Made by a program: the position numbers and the translations under genes. The notes below the pieces were generated by a model. The model did not search any database, was not told where the DNA came from, and saw only the letters and a list, made by a program, of their open reading frames with translations. Below are positions 14,101-25,913 of a DNA stretch of 64,000 nucleotides, piece by piece. The first letter of the stretch is position 1; each line of letters begins with the position of its first letter. The DNA is from Phoronis australis (taxonomy: Eukaryota; Animalia; Phoronida), in NCBI GenBank assembly GCA_002633005.1, contig NMRA01000303.1, positions 373,714 through 437,713 of the forward strand, written 5' to 3'.

Positions 14101-16575
14101 TAAAGCTTCGGTGAGTATACGGCGATTTTAAGTCCAGTCAACAACGGTTGTTTAACATATTTTTACCAGTCAGATCGAATTACGAGACAGCTAAAGGGTT
14201 TTCCATGTCGTTTCTGGCTCATCAGGCCTGTAACCAGTTATTGAAAAGGGATGATGGAGGAGCTAGAGAAAATTACTTTCTAAAGACTGAAACTTTTTGA
14301 AATTTAAAGTACGTTTCATATTGCAACACATTTTTACTGTTTACAAACACCCGCGTTGATATTTAATGTAAAGTTGTTAATAAGCATTCTGACTTTATTT
14401 GCACGACGCGACACGGTACTCTGGTAATAGTCACCACTGAATAGGTTTAGCAGTTACCATTGTTAGCTTATCGATTGTGCAAAACGGTTTAGGCCATTCA
14501 GGATGCGGGTTTGTAAAAGTATGCCGCTGGTTGGCCGAGATCATTCGATTATTTGATTCAGCGAGGGATTTCAATCACTTGTATTTAAAATTAAACAAAG
14601 ATTGAAAACGTTATAAGCTGCCACACTAGTTTGGTTTGAAGAAATGTTAGTTAAAAGTAAATGACTTCATTTTTTCAAAAAATACTCTAATTCTTTTATA
14701 TTTATTAGAATTTGCCATGTTGACCAAAAACGCCTTAAAAGGACTAAAGACCTATTATAAATGCCAAAATGGTTCACGTGATAACCACTGTACAAGAATC
14801 TATTGAATTCTTCTTTCCAGATTGGGTTTTCCAAATCCTACAACAGCAACAAGTGGTACCAGGTACCCGGATTTTCTTTCAGTTCTAACGCACTCGACAT
14901 GACGCAAGTGACCAACATACAGGGTCCATTCGTTTCGCCATGGCCCGGATGTTGGCTGGACCAGTATGATCTTGTTGGAACAAAAGGTAACTAACACGTT
15001 GACAGGGGCAGTTCCAGGTTGCATTTACTAGGAACCGTCAAATACCAATTTTGAGGCGATTTTAGTAATTGAACCTTATTTTTAATTTTCCTCAAAATTT
15101 AATCGGCTCTGCGAAATGTTGTTTTAACAACTTGGCGATGTGAAATAAGACCTTTTCTTTCTTCATCGATTTTTCATGGTGATAAATTTCAGTGGTTTCC
15201 TGCTGGGTGTGGTATAAGACACCGAGCACCATCATAGAACTGGGCTTTGTTACGTAGATGAAAGAAACTTGCGAAGCACTTGTGGAACGAAAACAATGAA
15301 TTGCATCCATATTCCAGCATTCCAAACCGACCAGTCACTTCAGTCGCTGCCATTTTACTAGGCTACGCTAGTGAAGTCTCGGGCATTCGCAAACCACTCA
15401 ATTTTCACGCAAGTGATTTTTCGAAGTTTTGTGTGACCAATTTTTTTCGCGAGTTTTTCAAGCTGCCCTTGAACTGCGACGCGGAGGCATTATGAGAAGT
15501 TTGAACCAGTATTTGATAACAGTGACGTAGTATTTAGTGAATAATGTCAATCTTCCACCTTCGCTCAACATCGTTTGAGTATGGATTAGCTATACCCGAA
15601 ACAGGTTTACTGAATTCACCTTTTCTAGCCAACCGTATTCTGGAAGACCCATTTTTCAACTCCATAACCTGCGGCAGTGTGAACCAATTTATGAAATGTC
15701 AAATGCGTTTGAAGTATTGATAATTTTTATAGTTAACCCACAGTAATCGTTAGTCTTTATAGCTTGAACTGATACGGACTAAGTAGCCGTAATTCACAAA
15801 AATTTTGGAGTGAACACAACACTCAAATACTTGGGAGTGGAAACCACTTCGAGTTTTTCATTTCCGAAGTACCATCTCTCATAATTTCTCAAAGCACCCT
15901 GAAAAAATGACTTTGGTCTTAATAAATTTAGCGACATACCTTATTTCTGGCCAAATGTGTCTCTAAAACGAATAAAAGTTTTTGCAATTTTTAAATTGCA
16001 AAAACTTTTATTCGTTTTAGTTAAAACTGATTAGTCTGCATACAAAGCGGAGAACAATACTATCGCATCAGGGACATTTCGACAGACAAAAAATGCCATA
16101 ACCATTACTTGAATGAATACATTTTATGAATTTGTTTGAAATTAATTCTCTCTGTGTCTCCCCCTCCCTCCCGCTCTATCTCCCCCTNCGTGGGCTAAGA
16201 CATCTGGTTGGTTTGTGGACCACAACTTGTCATTAACTGGGAACCATTCAGATGTCTTAGTCAGTTGAACGGCTGAACCGGCTGAATGAGTCAAGTGCAA
16301 CAATTGTACAAAACACATTATTCGATTTTTGTCTGCTTTCAGCTTCGATTATGAACTGTCTCCGTGACCAAAAATGCTGCGTCATGCAGGGCAATCGTTA
16401 TCAACCAAATATACCTGGATGCACGAAATTTTACCAATGGGATTACCTCAACTCGACCCCTTTTACCGGTCCTCAGAACTGTGGAACAGGCACCATCTTC
16501 GATACATTCCCAACAATTTGCACGTGTAACCACAAGGCTAACGTTGACGATGCTACTTGCATGTCCATGCTATGA
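8041..16575 (+). CDS. Gene A (whole spliced CDS): secreted NIDO-domain plus Cys-rich ChtBD2-like protein, 379 aa
   Basis: Exons 8041-8116, 8728-8951, 10014-10316, 13973-14110, 14821-14986, 16343-16575; all introns GT-AG with phases 1,0,0,0,1, giving one open frame; same structure in paralogs B and C; intron 3 contains the assembly gap. Confidence 0.9.
8728..8951 (+). CDS. Gene A exon 2
   Basis: tttcag acceptor; ESESERTKI...[23 protein letters not shown]...YNKIW; gtaagt donor; FPYG..GD and DD motifs typical upstream of NIDO domains. Confidence 0.9.
10014..10316 (+). CDS. Gene A exon 3 (NIDO N-terminal part)
   Basis: tacag acceptor; [10 protein letters not shown]...[12 protein letters not shown]...GEVYY...[11 protein letters not shown]; gtaggt donor. 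Confidence 0.93.
10628..11010. other. Assembly gap (N run) flanked by poly-G
   Basis: Continuous Ns with G-runs on both sides. Confidence 0.99.
12657..13242. repeat. 196-bp tandem repeat x3 in intron 3 of gene A
   Basis: Unit starts TGAGGACGC at 12657, 12853, 13049; copies similar but not identical. Confidence 0.9.
13973..14110 (+). CDS. Gene A exon 4 (NIDO core)
   Basis: ttgcag acceptor; [46 protein letters not shown] matches the NIDO signature NTFQ.VL..DG...QWTTG..SGG...GLGG; gtgagt donor. Confidence 0.95.
14821..14986 (+). CDS. Gene A exon 5 (NIDO C-terminal part)
   Basis: ttccag acceptor; [20 protein letters not shown]...TNIQG...PGCW; G|gtaact donor, phase 1. Confidence 0.92.
15963..16020. 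repeat. Perfect 28-bp inverted repeat with 2-nt spacer
   Basis: CTAAAACGAATAAAAGTTTTTGCAATTT-TT-AAATTGCAAAAACTTTTATTCGTTTTAG. Confidence 0.95.
16343..16575 (+). CDS. Gene A exon 6 (8-Cys ChtBD2-like module, stop)
   Basis: tttcag acceptor; [33 protein letters not shown]...[33 protein letters not shown]; AATAAA at 16609-16614. Confidence 0.92.
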
Positions 16576-19242
16576 GATTATGTAGATTTACTCAGTGTAT
16601 GAAGGCAAAATAAATTGAGTATGCTACAGTGTCATAAACGCGGTGAATGAGTTCACTTTATTAGTGTCATGCTTTAAAATAGCCTGGTTCCGGGGTCCCT
16701 GGTACACTTTTTAAAGGACTGTTTTAAAATCCCTTGTTGAAAATGGGTAGTGGCTAGCCCACTGAGTGAAGTGCTTGAATTTCATCATCTTACTTCAAAA
16801 TTCACCGAAACATCAATTTCTTAGAGGCTTGTTTCACATTGGCAAAAATCACTTAATGCATTCTGCTGTTTTTGGTAAGATGCTAGAAATGTCCCGAATT
16901 TCCGAATGTTCGCTGAAGGATCATGCAATTCTCACACTTCTAATAATTATTGAACTCTCCTATAAATCAGCTGATTTTGTAGATTCTGAAACATGGAAAT
17001 GCTACTAAACTCTACCATGTCTTCTGCATAGTCTTCTCATAAATGCTATTAAACTCTACCATGGCTTCTGCATAGACCTCTCATGAATTCGGAATGACAC
17101 ATGCTCTTGCAACAGCACCCCAATATTCATTGAAAAAAACAAAGAGAACATCAATACACGAATAAATAATTTACAGTTATTCCCGGATTTTCGATCGGAA
17201 CATCCGTCATAGACAGGAAAGAGAAATCTAAAGCAACTGGCGGGCAAACGTATGGAAAGGTGGGAAAATTAGTAAACAATTGCAGAGACTCCTGTTACAT
17301 ACCGCATCAAGTTCAGACACAAGAGATCAAGCATACGACTTAAGAATGTGTTTTCGGGGTGTCCAGCTCATACTCGGGCTTTCAAATTTAATGATCAATG
17401 CTTCTGACTTACTGCGCGCAGCATCACTCTCACACTCTAACAGATACACGTGTGCTCAACAATCTCTGCCACTTTTCCTTCCGTCACCCTCTAGCTCAGC
17501 CTGGTGTCAGTGCATCATTCGGATTGTTGCCATGCTCTAGGAATCTATGTTGGGCATATGGGTTGCACATTATTTAGACGACTGTCAGTACATCTCCAGT
17601 CTTGATCAATTTAAGAACACCTTTTAAATCACCACGGAAGGAGAATTTCCAGAACCGAAATACACTGACAGGAAACGCAATGTCATTAAAGAATGAAAAA
17701 AAGTGACAGTTGTTTCCATTAGCGGGCCAACCTCCTTCCATCATGGGATATCCTCCCTTAACATAAAATGCTGTACGGCTTCAAGAGTACAGAAAAAGTG
17801 AGGCCACTGACTCCATAACTGCGGACCCCCTCTTTGAAACAAAGGATGTAAACAAGGAAAAGGAAGAAAATGTTAGCCAAGGATGTCATCAGCAGGCCCC
17901 ATCCAAGAATTGGGATTTACATCGGAAGATAACAGAAGGTAGAAAAGAAAAGAAAGACACAAGAGTCCATTATCCCTCGCCATAGAGAGGTTCCTGGAGA
18001 ACTAAAGCTTTGCAGTCTTGAGTTTTAACAAGAATTAATCAATTTATCCTGGAAAATCTGTGCAAAGCAAATTTCCTCGAACTTTTGTGACGTATAGACG
18101 AACACGAACAAGAGCATAATGTAAAAGCAGAGTAGACGACCCGTTGGCCTACTTCAAAACGTTAGAGGCCTCCTGTTAGATATGTCCCATCCAGGTTCCC
18201 TATAGGTAAATTAAGAGCTGGAAGTTGACAAATGTCATTTTCTATTCTTTTCTGTTGAACATATTATGTTTTGTCATTTCTTTTGCCAATCCCGTCCCCC
18301 ACGCCTGCGTCCGTCACCGCGAAGATTTTACAAATGTACCTTCACTCCGGTAAATCATTGGAGAGCATGTACCACCCAGTATCCCTGCTTCTCACCTCCC
18401 TGTTTAGTGGAGACGCTGTCCCCAACTTCATAAGTGGGGTACAAGGCATGATTGCGCCATGTTCTCGCTTCGTACACCTACAATGAGTCTCCCAGAAGGC
18501 TTACAACGCTGATTAGTATCTTACATTGAAATATCTAAGCCTCGGAACGCTTAGTTCCCACTAAAGTTCCAAAAAGAAAAGGAAAGCGGTGCTGGTTATA
18601 GAATCCGACTGGCGAGGCTAACTTCGGAAAGGAAAATATCAGCGAGACGAAACAGCATCTTGGTAAGAGATTTTCGCAACATAGGAAGTACAACGCTAAT
18701 GGACTGAAACGGTCAACATGCAACCGCACCGTATATAAACTAAAACACAGTGACGTCAGGAACGACAATCTATTAAAAACTTGTACACGACGCACGCAAT
18801 TTTTCAAATTTATTTATTACACCCATTCAAAGGAGACGGGTTGCCCACGCAATGTAAGTCGGCATAAATCAAGAGTTGTCCAAAAGAATAGATTCATTAT
18901 ATTTATGTTAACAATGATAAACAAGTGCATGGCAAACACAAGCACGGATGCAATGCAATAATGTCAAGTGTTTAAACGTCCTTAAAAAGGTACAGTCAGT
19001 CAAATACAGCTTTGTCAACATTAACTTGAAAGGTACTCTTGTCGAGAAACTAAAATATTGCACTGCTGTAGGACACCATTTCACCTTCAAACATGTTAAT
19101 CACGCAGAAGTGAAAGGATGCTCATTTTACTATAATAATAAATAAAAATAATGCGCTTTTAATAAACGTTGTCTATTACTTCAGACGTGACACTCCGCAG
19201 CTCTCATGTCGTTCGGAAAAAGTGAAACTGCCTAGATGCTCA

Positions 19243-19399
19243 CAGTGAAGGATTTAGAGGGGGCCAACAGGGCCATGGCCCCCCTAAAATTCACGCAGAT
19301 TCCATATGGCAGTTGGGGGCTGCGAATGTCTGACGGGCAAAATCCTGGCTAATACTCTGTCGTGGCACCCCCTAACTAGAAATCCTGGATCCGCCCCTG
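19243..19399. mobile_element. MITE family 1 (CAGTGGCGGAT...ATCCGCCCCTG ends, 5-bp TSD), copy 1
   Basis: Terminal inverted repeats; TSD GCTCA on both sides; related copies at 30866 and 61495. Confidence 0.85.
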
Positions 19400-19453
19400 G
19401 CTCACAGGCTACACTCACTTCGCCGGTTGCGCCGTTCAACTGACTAATACATC

Positions 19454-19607
19454 TGCTTCCCGTTCAGTAACGCTAGGACCTCGCTAAAAAGCAAGACTTC
19501 GCGAGATTACGTGAGATATTGCAGTGCATTTTAAATGAGATCACGTGACTTTGACTAGGTTTTAGCTAGGTCCTAGCGTAGGTCCTAGTGTCTACTGAAC
19601 GCACGCC
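19454..19607. mobile_element. MITE family 2 (CGTTCAGTA.CGCTAGGACCT inverted ends), copy 1
   Basis: Near-identical ~154-bp copies at 29251-29404 and 52006-52159; inverted termini. Confidence 0.85.
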
Positions 19608-20339
19608 TGATTTGTTGTTGATGACGACTTCCGGCTTACTGACCAATCAGGGTCTCTTTCATCAAAAGTGACTTGAGGCGTAAGGCAGAAATTTGTTCTT
19701 TCGATCAACACAAGTATTTATGAAAAATAAGCTAAATCATCTGTGCAAAAATCCAATCTCTTGGAACACACACATAATTGCTAGTTACTAACATCATTTA
19801 TAGGAATTATTTTTAGACAGTGCTGCCTCCATAGTTCCTTGTGAAGTAGGTGCGTAGGATCAAAACATTTTCAGTCACTTTGATTGAATCAAATCCTTGG
19901 AGTCTCAGCCGGTTGATCACGTAAGCGTTCTCTATGTAAGCGTAGTTTCATGGAAGAAAAGCAAAATCTCGCACGATCTCGCAAAATCAAGCAAATCAAA
20001 CGAGTGTGCCGAGCGTGTGCTAGAAAAATGGCGATCGCTCATGTGGCCGGAGTGTTGAATTTTGAGATTGAATTCACAGAAAAAAAATGAACCTTTTTCA
20101 CAGCAAATAAAGGGTAATGTCTTGAGGTCCACGGGACCCTGTCACAGTGGAACCGGCAAGGTGAATCAAGTGGAGCCACACTAAAACAAGCAATAGCAAT
20201 GCAAAACGTAGAAATACACACAACTTCAACGCAAACGGGATCCTTCGTGGTAAGTTTATTAACGACATAAAATGGTCTATGGGTGGCGAGCAATTCATTT
20301 ATGTCATACCCAACGGAGCTAAAGGAAAGACGTCGCTGT

Positions 20340-21260
20340 CTCCCTATAGCCAAATTTTATGAGAATCCGCACAAAACCTTCAAAGATACAGAGGCAAACG
20401 TAAACACATAAAATTGCCACAGGGAGGCGCACAGCGCCAAAGAAATCATTTTCTGTATTCACGTTCATTAGGTATACATTTGTCAAATTTCACAAAGATC
20501 ATGCAAGAGTTTGGGAGATTCGGTCGTTGATGGACACCAGGGGGCAGAACAGTAGTCAGTTCTCTGGAAAACCATTTCAGTGGTACTCTTCTCAGCAGGC
20601 AAACATCTGCCACCTTTCTTAACGATCCTTTGTCAGATAGAGAGTCTGCACTAAAGCAGACTCGAAAATAATACAAAATGGCTACTAGGTTGTGCACAGT
20701 GAATTTAATCCGTCCACAAATAGAACGGCATAGTCGTCTCATTAATAAAAAACTTATTTGCTGAAGCTCATGAAAATCTGTCTAGGAGCTTTGAAGACGA
20801 TATAGAGGTAAACGTAACAAAATAATACGTCCCCTAGGAGACGCAGCAGTAGTCAGATCCGTTAAGAAATCGTCATCAGTTATTGGCACAATTAGTTAAT
20901 ATCACAAAAACCCTGCGACAGTTACAGGAGACTCAGGCGTTGACGCACACTTTGACAAAATAAATTGCCATAGGCGGCACCACGGTAGTCAGAGCCGTCC
21001 GAAAAACAAGGTCAGCCGTGATCTCACCAGGAACACATCAGCCAGTTTAAACAATGGTCCGTTAAGTGGTTTGGCAGAACATCACACCAAACCCGTCCAA
21101 AACGTAACGGCTTTGTTGTCTCCTAAAAAACATATTGTCAAATTTCGTGAAAATTCGAGAAAGACACCTGATAGTGTAGGAAACGGTAAAATAGAATTTC
21201 CCCTAGGGGGCACAGTGGCAGTCGGATCCGTCCGAAAGTCGCAGTCATCCGTTATGTCTC
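20340..21260 (-). mobile_element. Helentron/DINE-like (HINE) non-autonomous element with internal degenerate repeats
   Basis: Recurring GCAAACGTAAAC...TTGCCAC(T)AGGGG.CGC...GTCAGATCCGTC blocks; reverse complement of the element at 54625-55100; family assignment is inference. Confidence 0.5.
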
Positions 21261-23952
21261 GATCATACAGTGTAACGCTAATATTTGTAGATGGAATAAC
21301 AATATATTCCCTGAACAATTATTTATTTTTATTAAATGCACTGTTTATTTGCTTAGGCGGTTGCACCCTGAATTTCCCAAATGATGGACTAAAATTTTAT
21401 AATATGATAGACCAAGGATTTTCCAGGACAAATGATACAATAGAACCAGAATAGTCTACGCCCGATTAGCTACTACGAATCTGTCCCATATCTAAATGAA
21501 ATGATTTTGGCAAAAAAGCTTTGTTGTTAGCTCCACAACGTAACTACAGGTACAGTACACATGTATATACATCCTAAGTCATCTTTTAAGTGGATAAGAT
21601 TCTTGTTTTCATTTGGCGACAAAGTAGGAGACCACACAGTTAAGCATTCATCATTACTCCCACATAATCATGCACAAACGGCAGTGTGGCTTTTTATCAA
21701 AAACAGGACATTCATTTTAGACCGCGACTGAAGTGTAGGGATCACTGATGCGTCCGTTCCCTTGAAACACGTATGTACTGCAATGGAAAAACATGTTCGA
21801 TTTTTTGTTTTTGTTTTAGTAGAAATAATTTAAGTTCAAAGGTATGTCGATTGAACACTTCAAGGAAGAGCGCATAGGCGGTATCAATTTAAATATCAAG
21901 TTCCAAATTTTGAGCCAATGAAAGACCGGAGTCTGACTAAATCCGATTTTCTTCAGTATTTAGCTGATAAAAAAGACAAGTGAATCAAGCCACTTTCATG
22001 TGATAAGACTTGATTTCCGTCACCAACAAGAACATCGAAACCACCAGTGATTGAAGATGAGGACGCTTCATAGGATATTGAGAGCTCGAAGAAGTGTAAG
22101 TTGGCTCATTCGGCAACATTTCACAATATGTATGTCTATAGAAACAAAAGCGTTTACCTACGCATTTTCGGAGTTCCTTGACAGAATTTCAAGAAGTTCG
22201 GTAAGTTAAAAAGTATCTATCACAGCTCCTGTTTCAGGCGGATTTGACCTACATTGTGGCCCATAGTTGCTTTTTTATTGTTTATATTATGGAGTGTTAT
22301 TTTGACATGTATATGTGATTGCGTAAAGTGCCAGTAAATCTTACATTTTCGCTACTTATTTTTATCTACTTCACTTATTTTAGCCCTGAAATTTAATTTC
22401 CCGTGTCCGTATGTTCTGCATTCAATCTCAGGTAAGTAACCGTAAATACGTAGCTAAAGAACACTCAAACAGCACGGATCTTAGAAAACACAATGAAAAA
22501 CGCGTTTTTTTTTTAAAACATTAGTATTTCGCCAGCAACTTTGATTGACTGCAATTCAATAACGGTTGTGTACGCTTTTTGATTTTTCTACGCCAACCAC
22601 ATGAAAATGACAATTTGATGAGATGAAAAATAGTCTCGGTTTTTCTATAAAAAGAAGATCGTTGAATTAATTTTGTAGTACATCGTAGAAGAATTGTAAG
22701 TATGAATTCGAGTTGTGAAAATGCACTTTACGGTTACATGCATGTAGGAACCTAGATTAATGTCTAAATTTTGCTAACTTTGGAATATCATATTTCATAA
22801 ATACTTGTAGCTTACCTTATTAGCACGAAACTTTCCGATACTATGCTTTATGTTCCGTTCTATAAATTGCTATAGTAATTATTTTTAGAATATTTCACTT
22901 TTGCACGAGGGCTATGAAAAAGCTCAAAAATTTGCATAAATGAAAACAAAATGATAATTCATCTAGAATGTTTGCATGCGTAGCAAACGAAAATTGTCCG
23001 TGTTATGTATACCACTGTCAACGAACCTTTCTGTTTGATAAACTTACTAAAATGATACGGCCCTGTGCATGACCCATTGAAAGACAAATTGGTGAAAGGC
23101 AAAAATCAAATTTTAAGATATTTTTACTTCCTATAGATATGTACATTTATTGAGTTAAAATTTATAGTTTTGAAGACATTTTGGCTTAATAGTCAGACTT
23201 GTCGATAAGTTCCTACAAAACCTCACAACAGGTACCCTTTAAACAAACTGTACAATGTGCAAGGAGATTCTTACATGTATGTTTAACGGCAAATTTATAT
23301 GTTTTTCGCAGTATCTCTTTGAATCAAGGTTTCAGAGAATTTGAAGGAAAAGAGCACAAACACGAGGGAATTAACTTGTTTCGTGTTTTAGCTAAAGGCG
23401 ATTTTAATTCATTTGCAAATGCACTGTGGTGAGTGGAGAATGTGTTCCACGACAACATTCCAAGACAAAAATATAACGGAAATACGTAAAACGTGTTTGC
23501 GTAAAAGCTATCGCTGCATAGGCTTTTGTAACATCTGCAGTTTGTCTTGCAACCCAATGTCCAAAACCTTTTCCTGAATATCTCTTATCTATAGGTACAT
23601 TTGTATCCTTGCTTTGTACATTTGTGTATAAACGATGCCCCATGCTCACAAAAATATTCCCATTTTCCAGCGCAAAGAAATTGATTTACTGAGAAATAAT
23701 GATATTTTTCTCAGACTTAGAACCTCGAAACTTGTTTTTTCAAGATATACACGTAACAAAAGAGAAGGAACACATATGATTCTAAAGAGATAACACTAGC
23801 TAATCAATTTCTCCTGCGAAACTGAACCTCTCACTTCTTACACACTGTCCACACAACGGCCACTTTTCCTTCAACTGCTGCGTCATTGGCCCACATTTCA
23901 CACAGTTCTCATTTTAGAAAAGTTAGGACCACTGCTGTTAATCGATCTCCGC

Positions 23953-24000
23953 ATAAATCAGCGTATAAATCAGCGTATAAATCAGCGTATAAATCAGCGT
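23953..24000. repeat. 12-bp minisatellite x4
   Basis: (ATAAATCAGCGT)4. Confidence 0.95.
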
Positions 24001-24424
24001 ATCAGCTGCGCTGAGGAATCGCCGTTGCCTGCAATGTAACTGAATGTCTTATTGGGTTTGTTGTCAAAACACAACTATGTTTTTCTTTGAAAATTTCCTG
24101 ACTTTTGTGCATTGGAGTACAAAAACTACCATTTGCTCCCCCTGAGAACAGTTCTCGGTACTCTTATTTAACAGCAGTAGGTGTTCTGAACCGTTATACA
24201 TGTATCAGCATCTTTATTGATTTATATGCAACTAGTCTAGTTCCAGTCACCTTTGTGCATGGCTTCCTCACGAAGCTACTATCCTACGCTCATGTGCCTA
24301 TGGCCATCACAAAGCTGAATGCCGTGCCCCAATCGAAAGATCTGGACGTTATTGCCGCACAATACTGACGATGCCTATGTTGTAGAGTACATTTTGTTTC
24401 CTCATTTACAGAACAATCGTCATA

Positions 24425-24491
24425 ATGTACTGCTTAGCCTTAGTACTTCTCGCGCTGTCGCTGACAGGGACGAATGCGGATGGAAAGACTG
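24425..24491 (+). CDS. Gene B coding exon 1 (signal peptide)
   Basis: tttacag acceptor ending 24411; [22 protein letters not shown]; G|gtgcgt donor, phase 1. Confidence 0.72.
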
Positions 24492-25861
24492 GTGCGTATC
24501 TTTTCGATTCAGGGCCTACTGTTACGCGTAACACGTGGCGGTTCCACAGCACAATCAAAATTTCAACTCAAAACCGTTTTAGCAATATTTAATACTTCAG
24601 GTGTTCGCTAAATGTGCTAGGAGTGATCACTAGGCAAAAATACCGCTCTCTGTATACATCTGAGCACCTCGACGAGTCCGCTTTTGTACCGCCGTTTTGT
24701 GTAAAAGTTCAAACGAAAGTACGAGGGATGAAGTTTTTTTTTAATTTTCCAAGGGACTAGTGCAACTGATACATGTTTTTTCGCTGAATTAAATGACACC
24801 TTAAAACATTGAATACACATAACGATGATTTCTGTCTTTTTATACACTTGGTGGGCTCAAATGTTGTCATGATGAAGAGTTGAGCAGAATATAAGTGGGT
24901 AGAAAAGATGGGATGAATGCAGAACTGTGAGATTTGGAAAAATACGAGCGAAAGAGGAGTTGGATTTTTCTCGTTAGACGGACGTGGAAGAGAGAGAGAT
25001 GGGGGGGGGGGGGGGNNNGGGGGGGTGCGTAGGGGGGAGAGAGGGGGGTGGGTGGGAGAAAGCACCTCCCGATTACTACGTAGACAATGAACAATAAAAC
25101 GATTGTTCATTGGCATGGTGCCATGAATCTCATTATTGGGGACAAACAACACAGCACGACAGTTGTTTGATAAATGACTGTTAAGGTGTGTTGGCAATTT
25201 ATGGGTCGCGGCTGTATACACAGAAGTAATGGTACGCACCAGATGGGTACAGTGTACCACGAAACAGCAGTAAACATTTAAGTACCAGATGGGTACGATA
25301 GTACAAATGTTTACGTTGCTAGTGAGCACCAGATGGGTACACGGTACACATAGAAACTGGTCGATTGCTTACTAAATGGGTGCGAACAAAACGGCAAATA
25401 TAACATCAAGTACACACAAGTCTAAGATTTGTTCCAATTTTCAAACTTTGAAACCTCCACATTCGGTAAGGTAGTCAAAATTAAGACAAAACTTAAGTCA
25501 AAATCTTAAGTCAAACCGAAGATCTCTCTAGCTAAGTCAATTTTCGTGGAACGGGCCCAAGGTAGGAATGAACAGGGTTGCTCATGGACGAGCAGCCGTG
25601 CCCACCACTCTTTATTGATTTGAAAAGCTTGTGTTGATTTTTTGTTATTGTAGCACGCCATGTCAAATTTTACAACGTCATATTTTAATTATGAAATACT
25701 GGTAATGGAATCAGTAACAGTAATAGGGCCAAATAATAATAATAATAACAAAAACAATAACAACAATAATAATAATAATAATGGTAATAGTTATAGTATT
25801 AATAATAATAATAATAATAATAATAACAATAATAATAATAATAATGGTAATAGCTATAATA

Positions 25862-25913
<52 letters not shown>

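Noticed and set aside
20121-20170. Second HDV-like fold (CTTGA...GGTCCACGGGACC...GAATCAAG)
   Set aside because: L3 register non-canonical, no P1 partner found and T at the catalytic C position
25660-25866. Poly-Asn ORF
   Set aside because: (AAT)n microsatellite within gene B intron 1
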